Assembly: GCA_018818265.1 (NCBI GenBank)
Contig: JAHISN010000078.1
Coordinates: forward strand, 1 to 51,842
DNA from: Patescibacteria group bacterium
Lineage (GTDB): Bacteria > Patescibacteriota > 4484-211
Direction of reading: 5' to 3'
Length of the DNA: 51,842 bases
Under the pieces are notes generated by a model that made no database searches, was not told the DNA's origin, and saw nothing but the letters and a program-made list of their open reading frames with translations. The position numbers and the translations under genes were made by a program. Below are positions 24,970 through 34,277 of this stretch, piece by piece (within the stretch, counting starts at the first letter, position 1; the number at the start of each line of letters is the position of its first letter).

Positions 24970-25629
24970 CTACGCTGAGTGTTTGTGCCGCTTTCGGTCA
25001 ATGCGCCATAAGCGCAAGTGTGCAATAAGATAGTGTCCCATCCAACCTGCTAAAGACACCGCCATAGCGGCGTACAGCCCAGCGGAGCCGGACCATAAAC
25101 AAAGGACAGCTACCTTTGGAGTTACTCTCAGCGCTCCCTCCGCTTTCCTCTCGACAGCCAGTGCCGACAGAATAACGGCGACTGCGCCAGCCACCCAAAG
25201 TGGAAAATAGGCGGCAAAACTCTCCACTATTGTTGCCAGTAACAGCGTATCTATAAACAACAGGTAGAACATCATGAACAAACGGTGGGACAAAGGCTCC
25301 TGCCAAATCTGGACAAGCTCCTTTCCCCGTTGTTTCTCCGAAACGCTAGCCATGTAAATTCCGGAGATTAGTAACTGAGATACTACTCCGACCCCAAATC
25401 CCCGGACTACTAAGCGCAGATCGGGCGCTTTGAAATACCGAAGCGAAGGGATTGTCAACAATAGCATCGCAGCTAGGTCAATGGCGACCATTCTCCACCA
25501 CTCCGCTCTTGTCGAGACCTTTTCCTCGCCGCCACAATGCCGGCGATAAATAAGAAAAGCCATTACAGCCAAGCACAAAATTACCTTCCACATTTTTCTT
25601 TCAACCTCCAAATTTTCTTTTGACATCAA
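24970..25629 (-). CDS. Hypothetical polytopic membrane protein (high-GC gene)
   Basis: About six hydrophobic segments. Sampled GC is about 55%, against about 40% in neighbouring genes. Confidence 0.55.
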   Translation of the reverse strand: MMSKENLEVERKMWKVILCLAVMAFLIYRRHCGGEEKVSTRAEWWRMVAIDLAAMLLLTIPSLRYFKAPDLRLVVRGFGVGVVSQLLISGIYMASVSEKQRGKELVQIWQEPLSHRLFMMFYLLFIDTLLLATIVESFAAYFPLWVAGAVAVILSALAVERKAEGALRVTPKVAVLCLWSGSAGLYAAMAVSLAGWMGHYLIAHLRLWRIDRKRHKHSA

Positions 25630-25756
25630 GCTCAGCCCTCAAAATTTGTCCAATTCTTTGTAAAGAGCCCCGCGCGCACGCTATGAGCCGTAGTATAACA
25701 TAGCAAATCACCTATTGCAAACAGAGATATGCCAGCGCACTGCAGTACCATACAGT

Positions 25757-26416
25757 TCAGTACTCTCTAGTGGAAATAACATTGCGGAGGGAAACAGAGG
25801 ACTTGTATTCCTGACGATTGGGAGCATCCAAACCCTGCTCTAAAGTTATCTCAATTATTACCTGGTCGGGACGCAATGCTCCCCCATCAGTTACTACAAA
25901 ATTTAATGAAGCTATATTAATACCGGTAACGCGGTCGTCGCTTGTTATAACTCCCGCCCCCACAGCGCTATCCTCACAGTCGGAAAGGGATTTAAGAAGT
26001 CGTCCGTTAAAATCATCGGTTGGTCCGGGAGTTTCCAATTGAAGTATTACTGTTTCGCATCTTCCGTTTTGCTTATATTCTAACGAATCAAGGTCCAAGG
26101 TTGCTGTTAACGAACCCCCGCCGCCAGTCAGGTTACCGGCCCCCTGTACAATTCTGGTAACTTCTTCCATTATTCTGGAGCCTTCTTTACGTAAGTTGTT
26201 ACTGATTACTGCCTTAGCATACAACTGAGTCACAAACAGCAGGATTGTTATTCCCACCCCCGCTACCACTGCCAGTACTCCCAGCGATATGAGTACCTCA
26301 ATGAGGGTATAGCCGGAGGGAAACCGATTATCGCCCCTTGAGCTAAGTTTCGCCCGTCTCGTTTTGTTAAACCAACCTCTCTTACTATTTAATTTCGTAC
26401 TTTTAATTTTAAACAT
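25757..26416 (-). CDS. Type IV pilin-like protein (prepilin-type N-terminal cleavage/methylation domain)
   Basis: Class III signal G|YTLIEVLISLGVLAVVAGV after an unusually long basic leader of about 35 aa. Confidence 0.8.
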   Translation of the reverse strand: MFKIKSTKLNSKRGWFNKTRRAKLSSRGDNRFPSGYTLIEVLISLGVLAVVAGVGITILLFVTQLYAKAVISNNLRKEGSRIMEEVTRIVQGAGNLTGGGGSLTATLDLDSLEYKQNGRCETVILQLETPGPTDDFNGRLLKSLSDCEDSAVGAGVITSDDRVTGINIASLNFVVTDGGALRPDQVIIEITLEQGLDAPNRQEYKSSVSLRNVISTREY

Positions 26417-26544
26417 AGCTGTACCTTGTATTCATTCTACACTGCCAGAACATTAAGTCAATTAATAGAACTTGTTTGCACCCGCTCTTGGAGAGATAGG
26501 CGGGTATTCGGCAGGCGAGGCTGGTTGCGCACTTTGACTCAAAT

Positions 26545-26564
26545 TGTAGTAGCGCAATCTTGCC
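26545..26564 (+). repeat. REP-like variant TGTAGTAGCGCAATCTTGCC
   Basis: Identical 20-mer at 31981-32000. Confidence 0.8.
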
Positions 26565-26631
26565 GTGTGCCTGAAAGGGTGATACCCTGCGTGGTTCATC
26601 CTCACGTGATACTGCGGTCATTGCGACAAAT

Positions 26632-26654
26632 TGTAGTAGCGCAATTTATTGCGC
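26632..26654 (+). repeat. REP-like 23-nt hairpin (stem GCGCAAT)
   Basis: TGTAGTA followed by GCGCAAT-TT-ATTGCGC. Confidence 0.85.
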
Positions 26655-26676
26655 GCAGAATGAATTCTGCTATTAC
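26655..26676 (-). repeat. REP-like hairpin (stem GCAGAAT), abutting the previous copy
   Basis: GCAGAAT-GA-ATTCTGC followed by TATTAC. Confidence 0.85.
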
Positions 26677-27046
26677 GGGTAGAAATCGTAATTATACCCC
26701 GCTTCAATCAATTAATTCGTTTGTAAATAGAATACGCCCCCATTTAATTGAGTGAAGCTGACACAGCGCTATCAAACCACATAATGTCTTTTCGTATCAC
26801 CAAGCCCAAGCCTAGTGGTTATTAACTTTACTTTCGCCCCATAGTGGGCTATAATGAGTGTATGAGGTGTTAAAAGCACCTCAAATGGCACCTTATATTG
26901 TAAATCAAAAAAAGGCGTCCTTGCGATGTAAATGAGGCTAATATACTCCTTTATGTTGCTGGGCCGCTTTTCGCACCATTGTGGGCGAGATCCTATTAAT
27001 GGATTCTAAGCGGCTGCGCTTTTCACATAAAATGGGAGGTTTTAAA

Positions 27047-27427
27047 ATGAAGCATTTTTCTCAGCTTTGGTCAGGTTTAGCGATCATTGTCATGGTGGCG
27101 GCGATTGCCTTGGTCGGTGGAGAACCCGCCGAAAGTCCGGAAGGGTTCACGCGCTGGCCCCCCGCGTACGAGGAGGGGGGAACTATCAATGTGTCGCCGC
27201 CTTGGACCGCCCGCTGGCACACGGGCCTGAACGTCGCCGGCGAGGTGCCAGTAGTCGTCTTCTACGAGGACGGCAGTGGAAATCACGTCACTGCTGACTA
27301 TGACTACGTCGGCAAAGGTGAGTACCAGATCGAACTCACCGATGCCACCCTAGTTTTCCGGGTCTTCCCGTATGAGGGCCCAGGTGGAGTGAAGTTTGAC
27401 CTCTACTACCGTGTAGAGACCAAGTAG
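27047..27427 (+). CDS. Hypothetical small secreted or anchored protein (very high-GC gene)
   Basis: GGGAGG SD 7 nt upstream of ATG 27047. Signal/anchor MKHFSQLWSGLAIIVMVAAIALVGG. A sampled 60-nt stretch is 72% GC. Confidence 0.6.
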   Translation: MKHFSQLWSGLAIIVMVAAIALVGGEPAESPEGFTRWPPAYEEGGTINVSPPWTARWHTGLNVAGEVPVVVFYEDGSGNHVTADYDYVGKGEYQIELTDATLVFRVFPYEGPGGVKFDLYYRVETK

Positions 27428-27438
27428 CAGCAAAAGGA

Positions 27439-27517
27439 AGGGCGGGATGCGTCTCTAATTCAGTTGCCTAACTAGCAATGAGTTATGAGGCGCAATATCC
27501 CGCCCTCTTCTTTTTTG
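27439..27517 (+). terminator. Rho-independent terminator with a long interrupted stem
   Basis: AGGGCGGGAT...ATCCCGCCCT, with inner GCGTCTC/GAGGCGC pairing, followed by CTTCTTTTTT. Confidence 0.6.
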
Positions 27518-27563
27518 CACACATTTTTTCAAGAATCCAAAATTGGAAATCACTGGACACTGC

Positions 27564-27586
27564 GCGAAATTAATTTCGCTATTACA
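27564..27586 (-). repeat. REP-like 23-nt hairpin (stem GCGAAAT)
   Basis: GCGAAAT-TA-ATTTCGC followed by TATTACA. Confidence 0.85.
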
Positions 27587-27593
27587 ATTAGCC

Positions 27594-27616
27594 TGTAATA
27601 GCAGAATTCATTCTGC
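27594..27616 (+). repeat. REP-like 23-nt hairpin (stem GCAGAAT)
   Basis: TGTAATA followed by GCAGAAT-TC-ATTCTGC. Confidence 0.85.
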
Positions 27617-27690
27617 GCATATCTACCTCTGGAAACGGCGGTCCCACAACATATTGCCATGGCATGCTTTAGGGTCGCGCTTGCATGTAA

Positions 27691-27724
27691 AATAGGGTTT
27701 AACCCTATTTTAGGGTTAAACCCT
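27691..27724. promoter_or_regulatory. Two adjacent 13-nt palindromes AGGGTT-N-AACCCT (candidate operator) upstream of the GT2 promoter
   Basis: AATAGGGTTTAACCCTATT (27691-27709) and AGGGTTAAACCCT (27712-27724), with centres 18 nt apart. They are followed by TTGACT (27735-27740), an 18-nt spacer and CATAAT (27759-27764). Confidence 0.45.
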
Positions 27725-27783
27725 CTGCTTAAATTTGACTTGAATAGACACTCTTTGTCATAATAAGGCAGAATTGACCTCTT

Positions 27784-28731
27784 ATGAACAAAAATGTTCC
27801 CTCTGTCGCCATTATCACCATTAACCTAAACTTAAAAAGGCTTACCGAGAGCTTTATTGACGAAGTTGAAAAACAAAGTTACCCAAGCTTTCATCTTTAC
27901 ATTATTGACAATGGTTCGCTTAAAGAACAGAAAATTGATGATAAATCTCTTCAAGCGCCATGGTTGACATATCATCAACTAGATAAAAACACCGGATTCA
28001 CCGGCGGTAATAATAAAGGCATTGAACTGGCACTTAAAGACGGCCATAAGTTTATCTGGCTGGTTAATAACGATACTTCCCTGGAATTGGACTGTCTGGA
28101 GAAACTGGTTGATTGCTTGGGTCAGAACCCGCAAGTGGGCATTGTTGGCCCCAAAATTCTTTATGAAAACCCACCAGATATAATTTGGTTTGCTGGAGGT
28201 AAAATTAATTGGAAAAACCCGTTCCCTTATACTGTCTGTACCCATATAGGAGAACGAATCAAAGATAAAGGACAGTTTAATGAGTCTAAAGAAGTTGATT
28301 TTATTACCGGCTGCAGCATGCTGATTCGGCGAGAAGTTCTGGAAAAAATCGGGAGATTGGATGATGATTATTTCGCTTATTTTGAAGATTCCGACTTTTG
28401 CCTGAGAGCAAAGAATGCTGGCTGGATGAGTAATTACTGTCCGCAAGCAATAATGCGGCACCAAGTGGGAGCTTTGAGCGGTGTTACTTCGCCGCGCTCG
28501 TCTTATTACCAAATAAGAAACAGCTTGCTTTTTGTGACCCGCTGGGGAACTTTGTCAAGTCAATTCCTGGCTTATCTAAACGCTGTCATCATCACCTTCA
28601 AAAACATTATCAAACTGCTTATACCCGCTAAGCGCGCCTTTGCCCGCGCGCAGTTAAGGGCCGTTTTTGATTTTGCTAGGCGTAGATTTGGGGGACTTGA
28701 AGAAACAAATGACACACCGACATATGCCTAG
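27784..28731 (+). CDS. Glycosyltransferase family 2
   Basis: IITINLN...YIIDNGS...WLVNNDT...AYFEDSDFCLR (DxD-like). Confidence 0.85.
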   Translation: MNKNVPSVAIITINLNLKRLTESFIDEVEKQSYPSFHLYIIDNGSLKEQKIDDKSLQAPWLTYHQLDKNTGFTGGNNKGIELALKDGHKFIWLVNNDTSLELDCLEKLVDCLGQNPQVGIVGPKILYENPPDIIWFAGGKINWKNPFPYTVCTHIGERIKDKGQFNESKEVDFITGCSMLIRREVLEKIGRLDDDYFAYFEDSDFCLRAKNAGWMSNYCPQAIMRHQVGALSGVTSPRSSYYQIRNSLLFVTRWGTLSSQFLAYLNAVIITFKNIIKLLIPAKRAFARAQLRAVFDFARRRFGGLEETNDTPTYA

Positions 28732-28751
28732 ATCATAAGACGGCTAAATTA

Positions 28752-29018
28752 CTACTTATAAATACCGCCGCGATAACCAACCTTGTAAACTTCCAGCCAC
28801 TGTTGTTTTTCATTCTGATAAAAGAGAATACGAACATTGCCTAGCCTTAGTCTCCAAGCGTGGCGCTTGGCAGATAATTTTTTAAGGTTGGGGATATCTT
28901 GGGTCGTAGAAAAATATTCGCCTAACTTGTCTAGAGCTCTAGTAACTTTATTGGCATCACATGGATGGAGGGCATTGATCTGTTTAACAACTCGGCGGTC
29001 AATATAGACTTTATACAT
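28752..29018 (-). CDS. RelE/ParE-family type II toxin
   Basis: 88 aa with KKLSAKRHAWRLRLGNVRILFYQ...VYKVGYRG. 8-nt overlap with the upstream antitoxin gene. Confidence 0.75.
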   Translation of the reverse strand: MYKVYIDRRVVKQINALHPCDANKVTRALDKLGEYFSTTQDIPNLKKLSAKRHAWRLRLGNVRILFYQNEKQQWLEVYKVGYRGGIYK

Positions 29019-29289
29019 TAATATCTTTCTTTGTCTTTTCCCAAAAAATCAACTCCGAAGAAGTCTTACGAGCCAGCTCAAGCTCATTCAAATCAGAAAC
29101 ATCTTCAAATCTCTCCATCAGGGTTTCAAAATCTTCCCAGCTTAAAAGTACTCCTATCGGCTCAGCCCGATTAAATACATAAAGAGGACTTTCCTTCTGA
29201 CGCGCAAGCGCAAATAAGGAAATTGGATCGGTTCTTAAGTCGGTTATATTCTTTACTAATTCTTTTCTAATCATGAGCTTATCATACAC
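29011..29289 (-). CDS. Phd/YefM-like type II antitoxin
   Basis: 92 aa with PLYVFNRAEPIGVLLSWEDFETLMERFED, located upstream of and overlapping the toxin gene. Confidence 0.7.
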   Translation of the reverse strand: MYDKLMIRKELVKNITDLRTDPISLFALARQKESPLYVFNRAEPIGVLLSWEDFETLMERFEDVSDLNELELARKTSSELIFWEKTKKDINV

Positions 29290-29319
29290 TTTAACAACCC
29301 TATTGTCAATGGCAAATAG

Positions 29320-31944
29320 TCATTTGTTGAACGTCAGCTCCCCCTTCTTATCCACCCCAATCTTGACTGTATCCCCCGGCATAAACTCTTCTCCAATAAT
29401 CTTTTCCGATAGGAAATTTTCAATACGGCGCTGGATGGTGCGGCGCAGAGGACGAGCGCCAAATTGGGGGTCAAAGCCAATTTCAGCAATTTTTTCCCGG
29501 GCCTTTGTATTTACTTCGAGTTTAATTCCCTGCGCGTTAGTTAGTCTTTCGGTTTCTTCTAAAAGAAGATCAACTACCAGTAGGATTTGCTCTTTTGTGA
29601 GGGAATGAAAGATAACAAATTCGTCCACTCGGTTTAGAAATTCGGGCCTAAAATTTTGTTTTAATAGTTCTTCAACTTGCTTTCCCAGTTTATCCTGCGG
29701 AATATTATCTTCCTGAGCTTTTTGAATTAAGGAACTCCCCAAATTGGATGTCATAATAATTATGGTATTTCTAAAGTTTACCGTGCGGCCCTTGCCATCA
29801 GTGAGCCGTCCGTCCTCCAGAACTTGCAGGAGCAGGTTGAAAATGTCTGCATGGGCTTTTTCGATTTCGTCCAGCAGAATAATGGAAAAGGGATGCCGAC
29901 GGACTTTTTCGGTTAATTGCCCACCTTCTTCAAAGCCAACATATCCAGGTGGCGAGCCGATTAGCCTCGCTACCGAGTGGCGTTCCTGATATTCGCTCAT
30001 ATCCAACCGAACAATGGCCTCATCAGAACCATAAAGAGCTTCGGCTAAAACCTGACTTAGATGAGTTTTACCCACACCGGTAGGGCCAAGAAATACAAAT
30101 GAACCAATGGGACGAGTTTTACTTTTTAGCCCCGCTCGGGAACGACGCACTGCTTCAGCAACCAGATTAACAGCTTCGGCCTGACCAATAACCTTTTCGT
30201 GTAATTTCTTCTCCAAATTTAGAAGCTTTTCCCGTTCTTCTTCGGTAAGTTTGGTTACGGGGATACCAGTCATTTTGGAAACAACACTGGCAATATCTTC
30301 TATAACAACTTCTGGTTGTTCAGTCCCGCGAGTATGCTGCCAAATTTCTTCAATTTCTTTACGCGACTCCTCTAATTTATTAAGTTCTTTCTGAATTTTC
30401 TTAACACGCTCTTTCTCCTTAGCTCTTTCAGCGGCCTCTTTCTCCTGTTCCGATCTTTGAATTTGATCTTTTAATTGCACCAAATTCTCCGGCGGCTCAA
30501 TAGCCCTAAGACGAACATGTGCCGAAGCCTCATCAATTAGGTCAATAGCTTTATCCGGCAGGAACCGGTCGGCAATGTAGCGATCAGAAAGCCGCGCCGC
30601 CGCCTCAATAGCTTCATCGGTAATTTTCACGCGATGATGAGCTTCGTACCGATCACGCAAACCAATAAGAATTTTCATTGTTTCCTCTACTGTGTTTTCG
30701 GGAATAATAATAGATTGAAAACGGCGTTCCAGAGCGGCGTCCTTCTCCACATATTTTTTGTATTCGCTTAAAGTTGTAGCCCCAACGGCCTGTAGATCTC
30801 CACGCGCTAAAGCTGGCTTTAAAATATTAGCGGCATCAATAGCGCCCTCGGCGCCGCCAGCCCCTATCAAGGTGTGCAGTTCGTCAATAAAGAGAATAAT
30901 TTTGCCCTTGGCTTCTACAATTTCATCCAAGGCCTCTTTTAGGCGCTTTTCAAATTCGCCGCGATACTTAGTACCAGCGACCATACCGGCCAAATCAAGT
31001 GCTATAACACGTTTATCTTTAATTAAATCCGGAACCTCGCCCTTTATGATACGCATGGCCAAGCCTTCGGCAATGGCTGTTTTACCCACGCCGGGTTCGC
31101 CAATTAAGACGGGATTATTCTTGGTGCGGCGGGATAGAATATTAATCACGCGCCCAATTTCGTTTTGCCGGCCAATGACGGGATCTAATTTGCCTTCGTG
31201 AGCCATTTGCGTTAAGTCACGGGAAAACTGATCTAGCGTAGGGGTGGAGGATGGTTCAGCGGCTTTTTCGCCTTCTTTAAGGCCTTCTCCAACAAGTTTT
31301 ATTACTGCTGAGCGAGCCTTTGGTAAATCTAATCCGAACTTCTTTAGAGTTTGGGCGGCCAGTCCCTCGCCCTCGCGGATTAAACCTAAGAGAAAATGTT
31401 CCGAACCTACATAATTATGGTTAAGCTGGCGGGATTCATCATAAGCTAATTGTAAGGCACGCTTGGTGCGTGGTGAGATGTCGGGAATTTCCTCTTTGCT
31501 GGCGCCTTTGGGAAGAGTGTTTATTAAATACTTGGCTAGTTCCTGCGGCTTAATACCAGCCTCCTGCAATACCTTAGCGGCAACTTCGTCCTCCTCTGTT
31601 ACAGCCAACAGCAGGTGCTCTGTGTCAATTGTCTGATGATTCATCTCCACAGCCTGCTGTGCCGCCTGCTGGATAGTCTTCTTAGCTCGCTGGGAAAATT
31701 TTTCGGTAATATCTACTGCTTCCTCCCGCGGAGGCTGACGAAAGGCAGAGAAGGGGGAATCGCCGAAAAAACTATCAAAGGGGGAGCGAAGGGATTCACC
31801 TTCGGGATCCGCTCCATTGCGCGACCCTGCCCGCGCTTGGCGGGAACACACATCACAGACATTGGTCACCTGACGGCCTTTCCCGGTTACCGTTATTCGT
31901 TTGGTGGTTGCGGGACGCTCCCCGCAAATGTCGCATAGGATCAT
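29320..31944 (-). CDS. clpC: ClpC-type AAA+ chaperone (Clp ATPase) with an N-terminal C4 zinc-ribbon extension
   Basis: Clp_N repeats, two Walker A motifs ([25 protein letters not shown]), short middle domain. The N-terminal 35 aa read CDICG-x22-CDVC. Confidence 0.9.
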   Translation of the reverse strand: MILCDICGERPATTKRITVTGKGRQVTNVCDVCSRQARAGSRNGADPEGESLRSPFDSFFGDSPFSAFRQPPREEAVDITEKFSQRAKKTIQQAAQQAVEMNHQTIDTEHLLLAVTEEDEVAAKVLQEAGIKPQELAKYLINTLPKGASKEEIPDISPRTKRALQLAYDESRQLNHNYVGSEHFLLGLIREGEGLAAQTLKKFGLDLPKARSAVIKLVGEGLKEGEKAAEPSSTPTLDQFSRDLTQMAHEGKLDPVIGRQNEIGRVINILSRRTKNNPVLIGEPGVGKTAIAEGLAMRIIKGEVPDLIKDKRVIALDLAGMVAGTKYRGEFEKRLKEALDEIVEAKGKIILFIDELHTLIGAGGAEGAIDAANILKPALARGDLQAVGATTLSEYKKYVEKDAALERRFQSIIIPENTVEETMKILIGLRDRYEAHHRVKITDEAIEAAARLSDRYIADRFLPDKAIDLIDEASAHVRLRAIEPPENLVQLKDQIQRSEQEKEAAERAKEKERVKKIQKELNKLEESRKEIEEIWQHTRGTEQPEVVIEDIASVVSKMTGIPVTKLTEEEREKLLNLEKKLHEKVIGQAEAVNLVAEAVRRSRAGLKSKTRPIGSFVFLGPTGVGKTHLSQVLAEALYGSDEAIVRLDMSEYQERHSVARLIGSPPGYVGFEEGGQLTEKVRRHPFSIILLDEIEKAHADIFNLLLQVLEDGRLTDGKGRTVNFRNTIIIMTSNLGSSLIQKAQEDNIPQDKLGKQVEELLKQNFRPEFLNRVDEFVIFHSLTKEQILLVVDLLLEETERLTNAQGIKLEVNTKAREKIAEIGFDPQFGARPLRRTIQRRIENFLSEKIIGEEFMPGDTVKIGVDKKGELTFNK

Positions 31945-31980
31945 ACTTCTACAATGTATAGCTATCCGAAATTGAATTTA

Positions 31981-32000
31981 TGTAGTAGCGCAATCTTGCC
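31981..32000 (+). repeat. REP-like variant TGTAGTAGCGCAATCTTGCC
   Basis: Identical to 26545-26564. It lies in the clpC upstream region. Confidence 0.8.
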
Positions 32001-32096
32001 TATATTGTACCAGAAGTTAAAAAGGGGAGTTTTCTAAAGATACGGAGATTTGTGGGACGCAGCGACAGAGGTGCCGTCTGCAAAAATGTCGACACA

Positions 32097-34205
32097 CTAA
32101 ACTTCTAGTTCGTACAAAATCACTCCATTTTCTTCTGCTACAACTTTTGCCTTGCTTGGAATCAATTCGTGCGACATTACTTGATATCCCTGATAGGTCC
32201 TAATCTTTGCCTCCGTCCAGCCCACGGCTTCTTCGTCTGTCCAGTAATCCCGCACCGGTGTTTCCGGTCGAGGGGGCAATACAGTCATAATATGAGTAAT
32301 TTTATTTTCGCCAAACATTTTTAACAGGTCATCCATAATTTCTATTTTGGAATAGTCGTATTTAGACTGGCCATCAATACGCCCGCGTTCGTAGGGGATA
32401 TCTAGAAAATAGCCGAATAGCCCTTGCAGGATTAATATTTTGTCTCTTTCAGGATCCAAGTTTTTGTTAACCCATTCAGAAACGGCATATTCCGGTGTGC
32501 GCAACCCTCCGCTCCACGGGTCTGGCAAAGTGCGGTAATAGCTGTCACGATAGGTTTTGTCCACAACGGCCCTGGGATTTATAGCAATGGCAAGCTTGGC
32601 CTTTTGTATTTTAACAGTAGTGAGAGTACTCAGGGCAAGGGAAGCAAGAATAAGGGTCAGAACAAAAAAACGGGAAATTCGACTTACAAACACTTTCTGC
32701 ACTCCCACCGCCACTAATACTGCCCAGATCGGGAATACCGGCACTAAATATCTGGTACTGTGAAAAGTTAACAGCCAAATAACAAAATAAAGGGCTGTAA
32801 AAATAACGGCAACTCCGCTGGCCGTAAGACGTTTTCCTCTGCAGTATTTCAAACTCAAAAGAACTGGGGCTAAACCTAACATCAACGGTCCGATTTTAGG
32901 AGCATCTCCTCCAAACTCATGCGGAAAGAAATTCATACGCCAGGGTTTAGAAATGATTTTTTTAAGTGATTGGCTCAACGCCTGCCAGTGAGTTGAGCTT
33001 TCCACTGGTTGAATAATTTTACCCACGGCGGGGATATTGCTTGTTTGGGTAAAGGAATGGGGTAAGTACCTAGTCCCAGGAAAACCCAGAAAGAAAGGCC
33101 AAAAAGGATTACCAGCAAAAATCCAACTTTTAAGATACCAGGGAAAGGCAACTACCGCGGACACCAACAGCAATTTCCCCGCCGCTACAAGCCTTCCAAG
33201 AACCGTCTCCTTCCATACCCCTCTGCTTTTCCCGCTTATTAACAAAAGTGCCGGCGGGATAATCAAAAACGGCAAATTTGTATATTTGGTCGCCGCCAAA
33301 TAGCCAGTGAATATAGAAATCAGTGACCAGTTTTCAGTTGTCAGTTTCTCCGTTCCCCGATTCTTTAGAAATAAATACAACACTAATCCCGCATAAAACG
33401 CCGAAGGTATCTCCGTGTGCGCCTCAGGCACGCAAAACAAAACGACGGAAACAGAAAGCAGGATAACTAAATAAATTAAGTATAAATAACTTTTTGACGG
33501 ACTAATATCCCGACAGTTTTGCGCGCATTGGTTTGATGATGCGAAGTACACGGTATTTTGGGGAGACAATCGCCGCAGTAGTAGACTCATCAATGCCAAA
33601 AGGGCAATAAAGTAAATATAAACCAACCCCTGCGCCATTACATCGTTTCCTATCCCCATTAAAAAAAGATACTGAAATTGTATTGGTAGGGGGAAGTGGC
33701 TGTGCTGAAGCGTTGAAGTACTAACAATGTGCTGATGTTGCAAGTAAATCTTAGGAACCGCCAAGTGGTAATTAAGAGCATCCCAGCCTACTGGCGGAGT
33801 GAATGCCGCCAACCCGAGGATTATAATGTTAAAAAGGACTAATCCCGCTCCGATGATATAAAGCCAATTTCTAAGCGGGTACCTCAAACAATCCCTTACA
33901 CTACACACTCCGATTCCCCAAATCTCCCTTGCAATCACCGCTAGGTCCTTAATTAACTCTCTCCACAACGCAAAACCCGTCAAAGCTAACCCTCCCAGCA
34001 GAACTAATAAGTACTCCCTTGAAAGCCACCCAGCCCAGCCAAATAAATAGGTTAGGAAAGAGGCAATTACCCATCCTAAACCAAAACCAACAAGAACCCT
34101 CTCGCCGGCTTCCTGAAAACGGATTTTGAAAAACCTCAATAGCGCCCCGCCCGCAGCAGTGACGAGAAAAGATATTATAAGAAGGGGAATTATAATAGTA
34201 AACAT
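32097..34205 (-). CDS. Large polytopic membrane protein, candidate GT-C (ArnT/PMT-like) glycosyltransferase
   Basis: More than 12 TM segments, the early loop motif PPVGWDALNYHLAVP, and a C-terminal soluble domain of about 150 aa. Assignment is by architecture only. Confidence 0.4.
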   Translation of the reverse strand: MFTIIIPLLIISFLVTAAGGALLRFFKIRFQEAGERVLVGFGLGWVIASFLTYLFGWAGWLSREYLLVLLGGLALTGFALWRELIKDLAVIAREIWGIGVCSVRDCLRYPLRNWLYIIGAGLVLFNIIILGLAAFTPPVGWDALNYHLAVPKIYLQHQHIVSTSTLQHSHFPLPIQFQYLFLMGIGNDVMAQGLVYIYFIALLALMSLLLRRLSPQNTVYFASSNQCAQNCRDISPSKSYLYLIYLVILLSVSVVLFCVPEAHTEIPSAFYAGLVLYLFLKNRGTEKLTTENWSLISIFTGYLAATKYTNLPFLIIPPALLLISGKSRGVWKETVLGRLVAAGKLLLVSAVVAFPWYLKSWIFAGNPFWPFFLGFPGTRYLPHSFTQTSNIPAVGKIIQPVESSTHWQALSQSLKKIISKPWRMNFFPHEFGGDAPKIGPLMLGLAPVLLSLKYCRGKRLTASGVAVIFTALYFVIWLLTFHSTRYLVPVFPIWAVLVAVGVQKVFVSRISRFFVLTLILASLALSTLTTVKIQKAKLAIAINPRAVVDKTYRDSYYRTLPDPWSGGLRTPEYAVSEWVNKNLDPERDKILILQGLFGYFLDIPYERGRIDGQSKYDYSKIEIMDDLLKMFGENKITHIMTVLPPRPETPVRDYWTDEEAVGWTEAKIRTYQGYQVMSHELIPSKAKVVAEENGVILYELEV

Positions 34206-34277
34206 AGACTAGATATTTTCCCTAGATACTCATCATTCAAAGTCATTAAGCGATTAAGTTAATAAACGATTGGACAA

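Noticed and set aside
28752-31944. A functional coupling of clpC with the adjacent RelE/Phd cassette, treated as a dedicated system.
   Set aside because: Only adjacency supports it. Toxin-antitoxin cassettes insert promiscuously, so it is kept as a side remark and not a claim.
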